Assembly: GCA_041666545.1 (NCBI GenBank)
Contig: JBAYGS010000001.1
Coordinates: forward strand, 89,942 to 153,941
DNA from: Minisyncoccota bacterium
GTDB taxonomy: Bacteria > Patescibacteriota > Minisyncoccia > Phycocordibacterales > JBAYGS01
DNA length: 64,000 nucleotides
Direction: 5' to 3'
Under the pieces are notes generated by a model. That model had not been told where the DNA came from, searched no databases, and worked only from the letters and a program-made list of their open reading frames with translations. The position numbers and the translations under genes were made by a program. The number at the start of each line of letters is the position of its first letter. The first letter of the stretch is position 1. Shown here in pieces: positions 37,412 through 46,819 of this stretch.

Positions 37412-38145
37412 GTGACAACTCCTTTCAAGTGGTTGATGTTGCGGTTTATTTGTTCTTCCGTCGTCATACCAATGACAACGGATGTTTTAAGCTGCAGGGC
37501 ATCTTTGACGAGCTGCTCGGCGGTGTGACTGGTAAGCAACTTACCCTGGCAGAAAAGACTTCTCAGAAGAATTTCCTTTTTCATCGCGAGTAAAGAAGGG
37601 AGCTGCTTAAGCACCCATTTTTGATTCCGATTGAAAGGAGCTTCGACAACATCAATGTAAGGCAAGACCTTATCACTGATGTCTGATGAAAAATCGTCTG
37701 GCAGAGAAATTCCTACCTTTTTAGCGATACCACTATCCTTCACCTCTTGCAGGTGCTGAAGAATAAACACTGCGTCTGACGACCATGAAGGAAGCCAGTT
37801 GTGCAGTAAGACTGTGTCGATCTGTGTTCTCCTGAGCCTACTCAGTGAGTTCTCTACACTTTGATCGAGATGATCACGCGAGTAGAATTCATTGATTGGA
37901 GCAGGAGCTTTCAAATCAGGTTTTTTGATCGCGGGAATTTTGGTCACAATGACCGCATCTTCCGGCAAGCATGAACCAAGTATCTCTTCAACTTCCCCTC
38001 CACCATAGACAGCCGCCGTATCAAAACGACGAATACCGTAGCTGATGGCGAAAAGTAGAAGCGATTCAATGTAGGCGGGGGACAGATTTTTGAACTGTCC
38101 TCCAAGTTGCCATGTGCCGAAGTAGAGCCGTTCAAACCATTTCAT
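37408..38145 (-). CDS. Aldo/keto reductase
   Basis: GTWQLGG, FDTAAVYG, VTK, SL.RL....ID..LLH. Confidence 0.88.
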   Translation of the reverse strand: MKWFERLYFGTWQLGGQFKNLSPAYIESLLLFAISYGIRRFDTAAVYGGGEVEEILGSCLPEDAVIVTKIPAIKKPDLKAPAPINEFYSRDHLDQSVENSLSRLRRTQIDTVLLHNWLPSWSSDAVFILQHLQEVKDSGIAKKVGISLPDDFSSDISDKVLPYIDVVEAPFNRNQKWVLKQLPSLLAMKKEILLRSLFCQGKLLTSHTAEQLVKDALQLKTSVVIGMTTEEQINRNINHLKGVVT

Positions 38146-38310
38146 GTTTTTTCTCCTAATTTTGAGGTTGTTAAAGAGCTTTTAGTTAATTGCTTCTAGC
38201 ATAAGACTATAACAAAATCGGTGCCAGGTCAACTATACTCTTGTCAATAATTAGAATACATGTTAATCTATTCTAGGATTTGAAACCTTAACAAAAGAGA
38301 GGATACTGCA

Positions 38311-39603
38311 ATGAAACTGCCGTACAAGACAACAGAGGAAGTGCGCCAGACATTTCTGGGGCATTTTCTGAAACGTGATCATCGTCTCATCGAGCCATCA
38401 GGGATCATCCCAAAGAACGATCCGACCCTCATGTTCATTAACTCGGGCATGGCTCCGCTCAAGCCCTTCTTCACGGGCCAAGAGAAGCCCCCATCCCCAC
38501 GTCTGACGAATGTGCAGGACTGCATCAGGTTTGTGGATGTTGAAAGCGTCGGCGACTCTTATCACGGAACGAACTTTCGGATGATGGGGTCGTGGTCCTT
38601 CGGAGATTATTTCAAGGAACGAGCTATTGAGCTTGCCTTTGAACTCATTACCGACGGATTCGGAATCCCTGTTGACCGACTTTCTGCCACAGTATTCATG
38701 GCCGACGAAAGTCTACCCGGTGTGCCGAGCGATGAAGAGTCAGCCCGTATCTGGGAAAAGTTCCTGCCACGAGATCGTATCATTGGCCGACCGCCAGTCG
38801 ATAACTTCTGGGGTCCAGCTGGAACCAGTGGTCCATGTGGACCGTGCACTGAAGTTTTTTTTGATCGAGGTGAGGAATTCGCCGAGAAAAAAATCGACGA
38901 CGTGCTGGTTCCTGGGCGGCACATTGAGATCTGGAATGCCGGAGTGTTCATGCAATACTTCAAGGATGAGCAGGGGAATTTTTCCTCGCTTCCTATGAAG
39001 TGTGTGGATACAGGCGCAGGGCTCGAGCGTTTCGCAATGATTCTTCAGGATCGTGCTTCGATTCACGAAATCGATCAGTACGATTTGACCTATCAACTCA
39101 TCAATCAGCGCGTTGGTGATACGGCATGGACACGGGTCATACTTGATCATGTCAAGACCTCGATTCTGATGATTCGGGAAGGTATCGTCCCAAGCAACAC
39201 TCGGGAAGGGTATCTTCTCCGTCGTGCGCTTCGGCGTGCAATGATTGGTGTCTTCCTGCGGGGGATCAATCTGACCATTCTTCAGGAGTGGGCAGACTCC
39301 CTTAGTCAAGTGATTGATAACAAGGACCTGACCTTCCGTCAGAAATCTGTTATTGCTCACTGGCTCAGCGAGGAGCGTGACAGCTTCGAGAAGCTGATGC
39401 GTCGCAGCAGGAAGTATCTCGACAAGATCGTGGCCTCTAAGGAGTTGGATGCGCAACACGCATTCACTTTGAAAACCGGCATAGGCATCCCCGAAGATCT
39501 TTTGGAGGAATTCTGTGTTCGTCAAGGCATTCTGTTTCCGAAGGTTGAGTTCCTTCGACTTATCGGGGAACACCGGAACATCTCTCGTCGGCCGAAGAAG
39601 TAG
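38311..39603 (+). CDS. Truncated alanyl-tRNA synthetase-like protein (catalytic plus helical domain only)
   Basis: DPTLMFINSGM, NFW..GPCGPCTE, EIWN, DTGAGLER, PSN..GYLLRR.LRRA; ends at 430 aa. Confidence 0.85.
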   Translation: MKLPYKTTEEVRQTFLGHFLKRDHRLIEPSGIIPKNDPTLMFINSGMAPLKPFFTGQEKPPSPRLTNVQDCIRFVDVESVGDSYHGTNFRMMGSWSFGDYFKERAIELAFELITDGFGIPVDRLSATVFMADESLPGVPSDEESARIWEKFLPRDRIIGRPPVDNFWGPAGTSGPCGPCTEVFFDRGEEFAEKKIDDVLVPGRHIEIWNAGVFMQYFKDEQGNFSSLPMKCVDTGAGLERFAMILQDRASIHEIDQYDLTYQLINQRVGDTAWTRVILDHVKTSILMIREGIVPSNTREGYLLRRALRRAMIGVFLRGINLTILQEWADSLSQVIDNKDLTFRQKSVIAHWLSEERDSFEKLMRRSRKYLDKIVASKELDAQHAFTLKTGIGIPEDLLEEFCVRQGILFPKVEFLRLIGEHRNISRRPKK

Positions 39604-39620
39604 TTCTTTCGGCAACAAAC

Positions 39621-39657
39621 AAGCCCACCTCGTTCATATCGGGGTGGGCTTTTATTT
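39621..39657 (+). terminator. Intrinsic terminator
   Basis: AAGCCCACCTCG...CGGGGTGGGCTT followed by TTATTT. Confidence 0.7.
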
Positions 39658-39727
39658 TGCTACCCCCAAGTCATCCAGAGATGATTTTTGTTAAAAGGTT
39701 ATCTTGAGTTTCCCATCGGTTCCATTC

Positions 39728-39807
39728 GAAGGTAGGATCGGACCGAATCCGAAGGTAAGGGCAAGGGTAGCCAATTCTATGTGGAGGTTGAGGAAGCAAG
39801 GGATTAG
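39728..39807 (+). pseudogene. Displaced 3' fragment of histidine-kinase gene (copy 4, with 1-nt deletion)
   Basis: EGRI/..TESEGKGKGSQFYVEVEEARD*. Confidence 0.85.
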
Positions 39808-39904
39808 TTGAGAAGTTTTGAAGTTTAGATGTTGAGGAGTTAAAGAGTTTTAGAATTAAGCTGAGGTTGTTTTATGACACAAAATATGCTATTCTATCAA
39901 ATAT

Positions 39905-40150
39905 ATGATTTCAGAATTTGTTGAAAATAAGCTTAAAAATGCTCTATATAAAATCCTAGAAGACAAGACCTACTTTGGCGAAATCAAAGGGGTTAAGGGT
40001 GTTTGGGCAAATGCCAAAACCCTTGAGTCTTGTCGGGCAGAGCTCCGTGAGGTGCTTGAGGATTGGATTTTACTGCAAGTGCGAAACGGAAACAAAATCT
40101 CCGGCTTACCACTGAGTTTCGATCGACGCAAAGATTTTTCCTATGCCTAG
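39905..40150 (+). CDS. HicB-like antitoxin
   Basis: YFGEI....GVWANA.TLE.CR.EL.EVLEDW. Confidence 0.85.
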   Translation: MISEFVENKLKNALYKILEDKTYFGEIKGVKGVWANAKTLESCRAELREVLEDWILLQVRNGNKISGLPLSFDRRKDFSYA

Positions 40151-40355
40151 GAACATCTCGCTTCGGATGTTAGTTAAAAAGTTTCGGGCACTGGGTTTTG
40201 ACGGCCCCTATTCCGGTAGTCGTCATCTTTTTATGGCCAAAAGGGATCTAAAAGTGAGAATCCCCAACCCACACAAAGGCGACATTTCAAAACATTTGGT
40301 AGCAGAGATACTTAGGCAGGCGGAAATTACAAGTGACGAATGGGAAAAAGCATAA
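40143..40355 (+). CDS. HicA-family mRNA interferase toxin
   Basis: LGF.GP.SGSRH.FM, IPNPH, ILRQA. Confidence 0.88.
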   Translation: MPRNISLRMLVKKFRALGFDGPYSGSRHLFMAKRDLKVRIPNPHKGDISKHLVAEILRQAEITSDEWEKA

Positions 40356-40362
40356 TCAGCGA

Positions 40363-41817
40363 CTATACCCTCGGCCTCATGAGAGGGAAAAGCTGAGCTT
40401 CGCGGATGCTTTTACCAGAGAGGAAACTGAAGAGTCGCTCCGAGACACCGAAACCAAACATCGGCGGCATGCCATATTCCATCGCCTCAACATATTCAAA
40501 GTCGGCCATTTGGGCCTCTTCATCGCCGGCATCACGGAGTTTTTGCTGTTTTTCAAAGCGCTCACGCTGATCGATAGGATTATTAAGCTCATTAAAAGCC
40601 TTGCCAACTTCACTACCCGCCAGGACAATCTGAAAGCGATCAACTACCCGATTATCTTTAGCATTCATCTTAGCGAGTGGTTCCAGATACACCGGAATAC
40701 CAGTCAAAACTGCCGGACCGCCGAGAGTCTTGCGGATTTGCTTCCAGAGCAAATCCACGCCTCGCCCGACATCAATCTTGGGTTCGTGAGGAATTTTTTC
40801 TTTTTTCAGAGAATCAAACACCGTGTTCAAATCAACCGTGCAGGGGTCAAAACCATATTTTTCAGACATCAGGTCGTTGTAATCAAGCTTTTGCCAGTCT
40901 GCCCCGAGATCAATCTCAAACTTTCCAATCGTAAATTTCAGAGTGCCGAAAGTTTTCTGGGCGACTTCGCGATACAAATCAATCAACATCGGCACACCCT
41001 TTCTCGCATCTTGAAAAGCCTCGTAAAATTCGAAGTGAGTGTAGTCTTGAGCGTGTTCGTAGGACATACCTTCGTTTCGGAACACTCGTCCGATTTCAAA
41101 GGTTTTTGGAATCCCGCCGACCATCAACTTCTTGTGCCACAATTCGGTCGAAATGCGAAGATAAACATCCAAGTCCAAGGCATTGTGGTGAGTGATAAAA
41201 GGTCGGGCTTCAGCGCCACCAGTTTTGGTCTCCAGAATCGGAGTTTCAACTTCAACAAAACCCCGCACAAGCATAAACGAACGGACCGCATTCCAAAAAA
41301 TCGAGCGCTTCCTCGCAATTTCGGCCACCTCGGGATTTAAAAGCATATCCAAGTAGCGTTTGCGGTACCGTTCATCCTCATCCTTCAGACCAAACCATTC
41401 GTCCGGCACTTGGCGCAGACTTTTAGCGAGCATTCGCCAACTGGTGCCGAGTAGGGAATTGGCCCCGCGTTTGGTAGTAAATGGGGTGCCTGTCACCTCT
41501 ATAAAATCGCTGGTATCAACTGTTTCAGTGAACAATTTAAAACTGTCCTCACCCAAGTCATCTTTCTTAATCAATGCCTGGACACGAGCGGTGCCATCAA
41601 ACAAATCGACGAAAATAATGCTACCTTGATCTCGACGAGACATAATCCGGCCAGCCAGGGTGACCGACTTTCCGGATTTCAAAAGCGCCTCAAAAGACTC
41701 GGCAAAAGTCCGATTATCATGACTACGAAAAGACTCGGCCGGATAAGGATCGATGCCGTGTCCCCTCAATATTTCCAATTTGGCCAGACGCTCAGAGCGT
41801 GTATCTTCGATAGACAT
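40363..41817 (-). CDS. lysS: Lysine--tRNA ligase (class II)
   Basis: RYRKRYLD, GGAEARPF.THHN, FRNEG, YGMPP. Confidence 0.96.
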   Translation of the reverse strand: MSIEDTRSERLAKLEILRGHGIDPYPAESFRSHDNRTFAESFEALLKSGKSVTLAGRIMSRRDQGSIIFVDLFDGTARVQALIKKDDLGEDSFKLFTETVDTSDFIEVTGTPFTTKRGANSLLGTSWRMLAKSLRQVPDEWFGLKDEDERYRKRYLDMLLNPEVAEIARKRSIFWNAVRSFMLVRGFVEVETPILETKTGGAEARPFITHHNALDLDVYLRISTELWHKKLMVGGIPKTFEIGRVFRNEGMSYEHAQDYTHFEFYEAFQDARKGVPMLIDLYREVAQKTFGTLKFTIGKFEIDLGADWQKLDYNDLMSEKYGFDPCTVDLNTVFDSLKKEKIPHEPKIDVGRGVDLLWKQIRKTLGGPAVLTGIPVYLEPLAKMNAKDNRVVDRFQIVLAGSEVGKAFNELNNPIDQRERFEKQQKLRDAGDEEAQMADFEYVEAMEYGMPPMFGFGVSERLFSFLSGKSIREAQLFPLMRPRV

Positions 41818-41870
41818 ATTTAAAATTTAACTTGTTATGGATTATATCAAAAATCGCGATTTCATCAATC

Positions 41871-41935
41871 GTTAAGAACCCTTACGAATAGGGCATGCGA
41901 ATACAAAGAAGTTAAGAACCCTTACGAATAGGGCA
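41871..41935 (+). repeat. 25-bp direct repeat x2 (40-bp period)
   Basis: GTTAAGAACCCTTACGAATAGGGCA at 41871 and 41911. Confidence 0.9.
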
Positions 41936-42120
41936 CACGAATATAGTATGCGAATCACGAAACCACGAATACGCGCACACAAATTGGGGCACGGAGTTGA
42001 AAGCCCCTACGAATTTGGCTATGGCTGTAGGTTATCAGTTTCCCATTATTCCTAATTCATAATTCTCAATTCAATCCATTGCCGCTTTTCTAATTTGGTA
42101 AATTCTGATAAACTTCTCAT

Positions 42121-43452
42121 ATGAAAAAAGCTCCCGCCAAGGACAACCCGGCCGTCATGGAGGATATAATCTCACTCGCCAAGAGGCGAGGCTTTATCTA
42201 TCAAGGCTCCGAGATTTACGGCGGTCTTTCCGGAACCTGGGACTACGGCCCTTTGGGTGTGGCACTTAAAGACAACATCCGCCAGATTTGGTGGAAACAA
42301 TTTGTACTCGACCGTGACGATATGTACGGGATGGATGCCGCGATTTTGATGAATCAAAAAGTTTGGCAGGCGACCGGCCACGCGACTAACTTTTCCGACC
42401 CTCTCACCCCATGTCTAAAATGCAAAAAACAATTCCGCACTGACCACCTAAACGGCGCCACCAAGTGTCCGGAATGTGGGGGCAATTTCGGCCCAGAGAG
42501 AAAATTCAACATGATGTTTAAGACCAATGTCGGCCCTGAAGAAGGTGGAGGAAGTTTGTCATATTTGCGACCGGAAACCGCTCAAGGTATGTTTGTGAAT
42601 TTCAAAAATGTTTTGGATTCCTTCCATCCTAAATTGCCTTTTGGTCTGGCCCAAGTCGGTAAGGCTTTCCGAAACGAAATCTCGCCTCGAGACTTCACTT
42701 TCCGAGCTCGTGAGTTTGAACAAATGGAGATTGAATATTTTGTTAAACCAGAGGGTTGGGAGAAGATTTTTGAACATTTCGTTTCTGAAATGAGAAACTT
42801 TATCTCGGCCGTTGGAATTTCTGCGGACAAAGTCCACGAAAAAGAAATCGGCGATGCCGATCGGGCCTTTTATTCCAAACGCACGATTGATTTTGAATTT
42901 GATTTCCCTTTTGGCCAAAGCGAGCTTTACGGCTTGGCTTACCGTACCGATTATGACCTGAAAGCCCACGAAACCGAAAGTGGCAAGACTTTGGTTTATA
43001 CTGACACCGAAGCCAACGAGACTTTAGTGCCACACTGCATCGAGCCATCATTTGGTCTTGATCGAACCGTTTTGGCGGTCCTTTCAAGCGCCTTCAAAAA
43101 AGAGAAAACTGGCGAGGATGAGAGGATTGTTTTGAAATTTAACCCTAAAGTTGCTCCGGTATTGCTCGCAGTCTCGCCGCTTCTCCGAAACAAGCCGAAG
43201 TTGGTTGAAAAAGCCCAAGAAATCTACAAAACCTTGAAAAAGGAATTTGGCCGAGTGATGTTTGATGACAATGGCAACATCGGCAAGCGTTATCGCAGGC
43301 AAGATGAAATCGGCACGCCATTTTGCATTACTGTCGACTTCGACACCATTGAAAAAGATGACACTGTCACTGTCCGTGACCGAGACACGATGGAACAAGT
43401 CCGAATTAGATCCGACGAACTCGTCTCATTTTTTAAGAACAAATTAGCCTAG
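42121..43452 (+). CDS. glyQS: Glycine--tRNA ligase, alpha2 type
   Basis: YLRPETAQG, FRNEI.PR, REFEQME, IEPSFG, IGKRYRRQDEIGTP. Confidence 0.95.
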   Translation: MKKAPAKDNPAVMEDIISLAKRRGFIYQGSEIYGGLSGTWDYGPLGVALKDNIRQIWWKQFVLDRDDMYGMDAAILMNQKVWQATGHATNFSDPLTPCLKCKKQFRTDHLNGATKCPECGGNFGPERKFNMMFKTNVGPEEGGGSLSYLRPETAQGMFVNFKNVLDSFHPKLPFGLAQVGKAFRNEISPRDFTFRAREFEQMEIEYFVKPEGWEKIFEHFVSEMRNFISAVGISADKVHEKEIGDADRAFYSKRTIDFEFDFPFGQSELYGLAYRTDYDLKAHETESGKTLVYTDTEANETLVPHCIEPSFGLDRTVLAVLSSAFKKEKTGEDERIVLKFNPKVAPVLLAVSPLLRNKPKLVEKAQEIYKTLKKEFGRVMFDDNGNIGKRYRRQDEIGTPFCITVDFDTIEKDDTVTVRDRDTMEQVRIRSDELVSFFKNKLA

Positions 43453-43516
43453 AGGACACCAGCTTGCAATTCAATTGAATATGAGTATTCTAAACCTAGA
43501 ATACTGAAAGGCTTTT

Positions 43517-43975
43517 ATGTTACCTAAAATTTTTGTAAAGGTTTCTGGGGGTCTTTTTACCTCAGCAGAGTTTCTAAGAATGATGTCGCGACTACAGTAT
43601 CACCGACTGGTGATTTGTGTCGGTGGTGGTTCACAGATTAATGCTGCCCTCGAAAAGATCGGAATCGAACGAAAATCCCATGGTCCACTTGGTCGGGAAT
43701 TGGCAACCCCACAACTGAGACAGGTGGCGGAAGGCGAGCTACTGAAAAATCAAGCGCTTCTTGAGGACAAACTGGCACGTTTAGGAATTACCGCAAAGGT
43801 GATTGTGCCTGTTTTAGACCTAGGAGGAGTTAGGACCCATGTTAACGGTGACCAGATGGTCAAAACTGCCTACCTTGGCTTTGACCGGCTCGTGGTGATG
43901 ACCACACCTGACAGATTGCAAGCCAAGAGGAGTATTTTCGCCGAATTGCCCAAGGTCGAAATCGTGGCAATCTAA
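43517..43975 (+). CDS. Short amino-acid-kinase-superfamily protein
   Basis: VKVSG, CVGGGSQIN, HVNGD. Confidence 0.55.
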   Translation: MLPKIFVKVSGGLFTSAEFLRMMSRLQYHRLVICVGGGSQINAALEKIGIERKSHGPLGRELATPQLRQVAEGELLKNQALLEDKLARLGITAKVIVPVLDLGGVRTHVNGDQMVKTAYLGFDRLVVMTTPDRLQAKRSIFAELPKVEIVAI

Positions 43976-44049
43976 AACCCAGCCTCCTTCTTCGGGAGGT
44001 TTTTTAATTGCTTTATCACAATTAAATTTTGAGATATACTGAAGCAACT

Positions 44050-45009
44050 ATGGCCGACAAAAAGAAAATTTTACTATCGGGCATCAAACCAACCGGCAAT
44101 TTGCATTTGGGCAACTATTTCGGAGCGATCAAGCAATTCGTAGAATTGCAAAATAAGTACGATTCCTATGTTTTCATCGCCGACTATCACGCCATGACAA
44201 CTCTCCTTGATGCCAAGGAACTATCAGAGAATAGTTTTAACATTGCGGTAGATTACATGGCCTTGGGTCTTGACCCGACGAAAATGACGCTTTTCAAGCA
44301 AAGCGACCTGCCCCAAGTGACCGAACTTTGCTGGATTTTCAACTGTCTAACAACTGTGCCATACCTCGAAAGAGCTCACGCCTATAAGGACGCGGTCGCC
44401 AAAGGTAAAGAGGCCAACATCGGACTTTTTGATTACCCAATTTTGATGGCCGCTGATATTTTAATCCAGGATGCTGATATCGTACCGGTGGGGCAAGACC
44501 AGAAACAACATGTCGAATACGCTCGCGACACGGCGGAAAAATTTAACCGCACCTTCGGTAAAGCCTTTAAAATTCCTGAACCTTACATCCTGAAAGATGT
44601 CGCCGTGGTCCCCGGAATTGACGGTCAAAAAATGAGCAAGAGCTATAACAACACCATTCCTATTTTCGCTTCAGATGAAGAGATCAAAAAACTAGTTATG
44701 GGGATTGTCACCGATTCCAACTCCGGACGTCCCGAAAATGTTTACGCCATTCATAAGCTGATTAAACCGGAAGCCGAGCTTGAAAAAGTTTACACAGAAT
44801 TTGCCGGCAAGTATCAAAAATTAAAGGAGGCTCTTTACAATGACCTCGTCTCATTCTTGACACCCTTCCGTGAAAAACGGGAGCAACTGCTTAAGGATAG
44901 GGCAGGGGTCTTGGCAATTCTCAAAGCTGGAGGCGACAAAGCCCGCGCCCGCGCTGAAGCTAAAATGGCAGAGGTCCGTAAACTGACCGGCCTGACTTTG
45001 ACCGCTTAA
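44050..45009 (+). CDS. trpS: Tryptophan--tRNA ligase (canonical)
   Basis: HLGN, YPILMAADIL, VPVGQDQKQH, KMSKS. Confidence 0.95.
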   Translation: MADKKKILLSGIKPTGNLHLGNYFGAIKQFVELQNKYDSYVFIADYHAMTTLLDAKELSENSFNIAVDYMALGLDPTKMTLFKQSDLPQVTELCWIFNCLTTVPYLERAHAYKDAVAKGKEANIGLFDYPILMAADILIQDADIVPVGQDQKQHVEYARDTAEKFNRTFGKAFKIPEPYILKDVAVVPGIDGQKMSKSYNNTIPIFASDEEIKKLVMGIVTDSNSGRPENVYAIHKLIKPEAELEKVYTEFAGKYQKLKEALYNDLVSFLTPFREKREQLLKDRAGVLAILKAGGDKARARAEAKMAEVRKLTGLTLTA

Positions 45010-45013
45010 ACTT

Positions 45014-46819
45014 ATGGATTACAACAAAATGGAGTGGAAGTTGACGGGGCTCCAAAGCCTTTGGAAAAACGCCGTTAGGATCCTGAAAATCTGCTTTGAA
45101 GATCAGGGCCGTCTCCTAATAACGATCATTAGCTTGACCCTGGTGGTTTCGGCTTTGCCGTTTCTGAAACAGGGCGCCTATGCCTTGTTGGTTGACGTCA
45201 TTGCCGTGCCGAATTCCGGTAAACTGACATACGTGCTCGGGCTCGTGGTTTTGCTTCTGGTTTTGCCAGAATTTATTTACAGTCTGAAAGGTTATTTTGA
45301 TAAAAGATTTTATATTGATATTCAGAAGATTTTCGAATTGCGCTATCTCAAACACAAGGCCAAAATTGATGTGGCGAGATATGAAGATTCGAACTTCAAT
45401 AATTTACTGAATAATGCGGCTGAAAGGGGGATGTGGCCGATTGTAAATTTAGCTGACGGCCTGATTGCCAACATTTCCAACATTATCGGGGTCATCGTGG
45501 CCGGTATAATTTTGATTTTCTACAATTGGGTGTTTTTCCTGCTGATTTTCGTAGCCTTGATTCCCAAGCTCTACGTGGAAATCAAATATAGCCGCGATGT
45601 TTGGGGAATTTTTAACGCGAGCGCGCACGACCGAAGACGCTATTGGGATTTGCGCGGGCATTTTTATGACGTACCGAAGCTTACCGAACTAAAACTATTT
45701 CAGAACGTCTCCGAATTTTCCAAACGCATCAATAAAATTCTAGCCGATTTTAGCAGCGACCAAAAGGCTAACGAGTGGCGCAAAACACGACTGACCCTAT
45801 TTGCTCTGATTTTGAGTGGCTTAGCCTATCTGTTTTTTGGTTTTACTGTTGCCAATTCAGCTTTCTCCGGTCAGATTAGTCCCGGTACGATGATTTTCGT
45901 AATCGGTTCGGTCATTGAGTTTGGCAACGCACTATCCGGATTTTTCTTGAATGTCGGCAAGAGATACGAGGAAAATCTTTTTGTGACTGATATTTTCAGT
46001 ATTATGGAAACTCAGCCAATAATCACACCGCCGCAAAATCCGACCCTCGTGGACTACACAATCGCGCCCAGGGTTGAGTTCAAAAATGTCTCGTTTAAAT
46101 ACCCGAAGAGTGAGAGCTTAATTCTTAAAGACATTAGTTTTACAATTGAGCCGGGTGAAAAACTGGCTCTAGTAGGAATCAATGGCTCAGGGAAGACTAC
46201 GCTTATTAAACTGTTGTGCCGATTCTATGATCCAGTTGCGGGACAGATTTTGGTGAATGGTGTTGATTTGAAAGAAATCGACCTGGACTCATGGTGGAAA
46301 CATTTAGGTGTCCTGTTTCAGGATTTTGCTTCCTACAATTTTTTGGCCCGGGAGGTAATCGCGCTTGGGCGTTCACAGGTCGAAGCCAAGCACGAGCACA
46401 TCTCCAGGGCTGCGCAAATGGCGGAGGCCGATGAATTTATCATGAGATGGAAGAAAGGCTATGAACAGATGCTCGGTAAAGAATTTGAGGAGGGGATTGA
46501 CCCTTCAAAGGGTCAAATCCAAAAACTGGCCTTGGCCAGAGTCTTCTTCCGCGACCCTAAAATTATGGTTTTGGATGAACCGACCGCTTCGGTAGATGCT
46601 GAATCAGAGGCTAAAATTTTCGAGAGATTTACCGCTCTGCCGGATTCGGTCTCGGCTATTTTAATTTCTCACCGATTCTCGACTGTTAAAAAGACCGACA
46701 AAATTATTGTCTTGAAAGACAAAAAAATAGCTGAAATCGGCAGTCATAAGACACTGATTGCTCAAAATGGCATTTACGCTGGTCTCTTTAGGCTCCAAGC
46801 CAAGGGATATAAGGAGTAA
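45014..46819 (+). CDS. ABC exporter, fused TMD-NBD
   Basis: N-terminal TM helices; GINGSGKT; LDEPT. Confidence 0.92.
   Translation: MDYNKMEWKLTGLQSLWKNAVRILKICFEDQGRLLITIISLTLVVSALPFLKQGAYALLVDVIAVPNSGKLTYVLGLVVLLLVLPEFIYSLKGYFDKRFYIDIQKIFELRYLKHKAKIDVARYEDSNFNNLLNNAAERGMWPIVNLADGLIANISNIIGVIVAGIILIFYNWVFFLLIFVALIPKLYVEIKYSRDVWGIFNASAHDRRRYWDLRGHFYDVPKLTELKLFQNVSEFSKRINKILADFSSDQKANEWRKTRLTLFALILSGLAYLFFGFTVANSAFSGQISPGTMIFVIGSVIEFGNALSGFFLNVGKRYEENLFVTDIFSIMETQPIITPPQNPTLVDYTIAPRVEFKNVSFKYPKSESLILKDISFTIEPGEKLALVGINGSGKTTLIKLLCRFYDPVAGQILVNGVDLKEIDLDSWWKHLGVLFQDFASYNFLAREVIALGRSQVEAKHEHISRAAQMAEADEFIMRWKKGYEQMLGKEFEEGIDPSKGQIQKLALARVFFRDPKIMVLDEPTASVDAESEAKIFERFTALPDSVSAILISHRFSTVKKTDKIIVLKDKKIAEIGSHKTLIAQNGIYAGLFRLQAKGYKE

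Noticed and set aside
30339-40362. Classical integron or prophage
   Set aside because: No integrase, attC-like sites or phage structural genes recognised.
40333-41340. 335-aa plus-strand ORF, and similar long ORFs at 36515-37249, 38740-39618 and 14711-15379
   Set aside because: Antisense shadows of lysS, the rSAM gene, the AlaRS-like gene and pbp2.
41871-41935. CRISPR array
   Set aside because: Only two repeats with a 15-bp gap, and no cas genes in the window.
45014-46819. Dedicated exporter for the graspetide
   Set aside because: 13 kb away, coupled to trpS, and no peptidase domain; no evidence of linkage.
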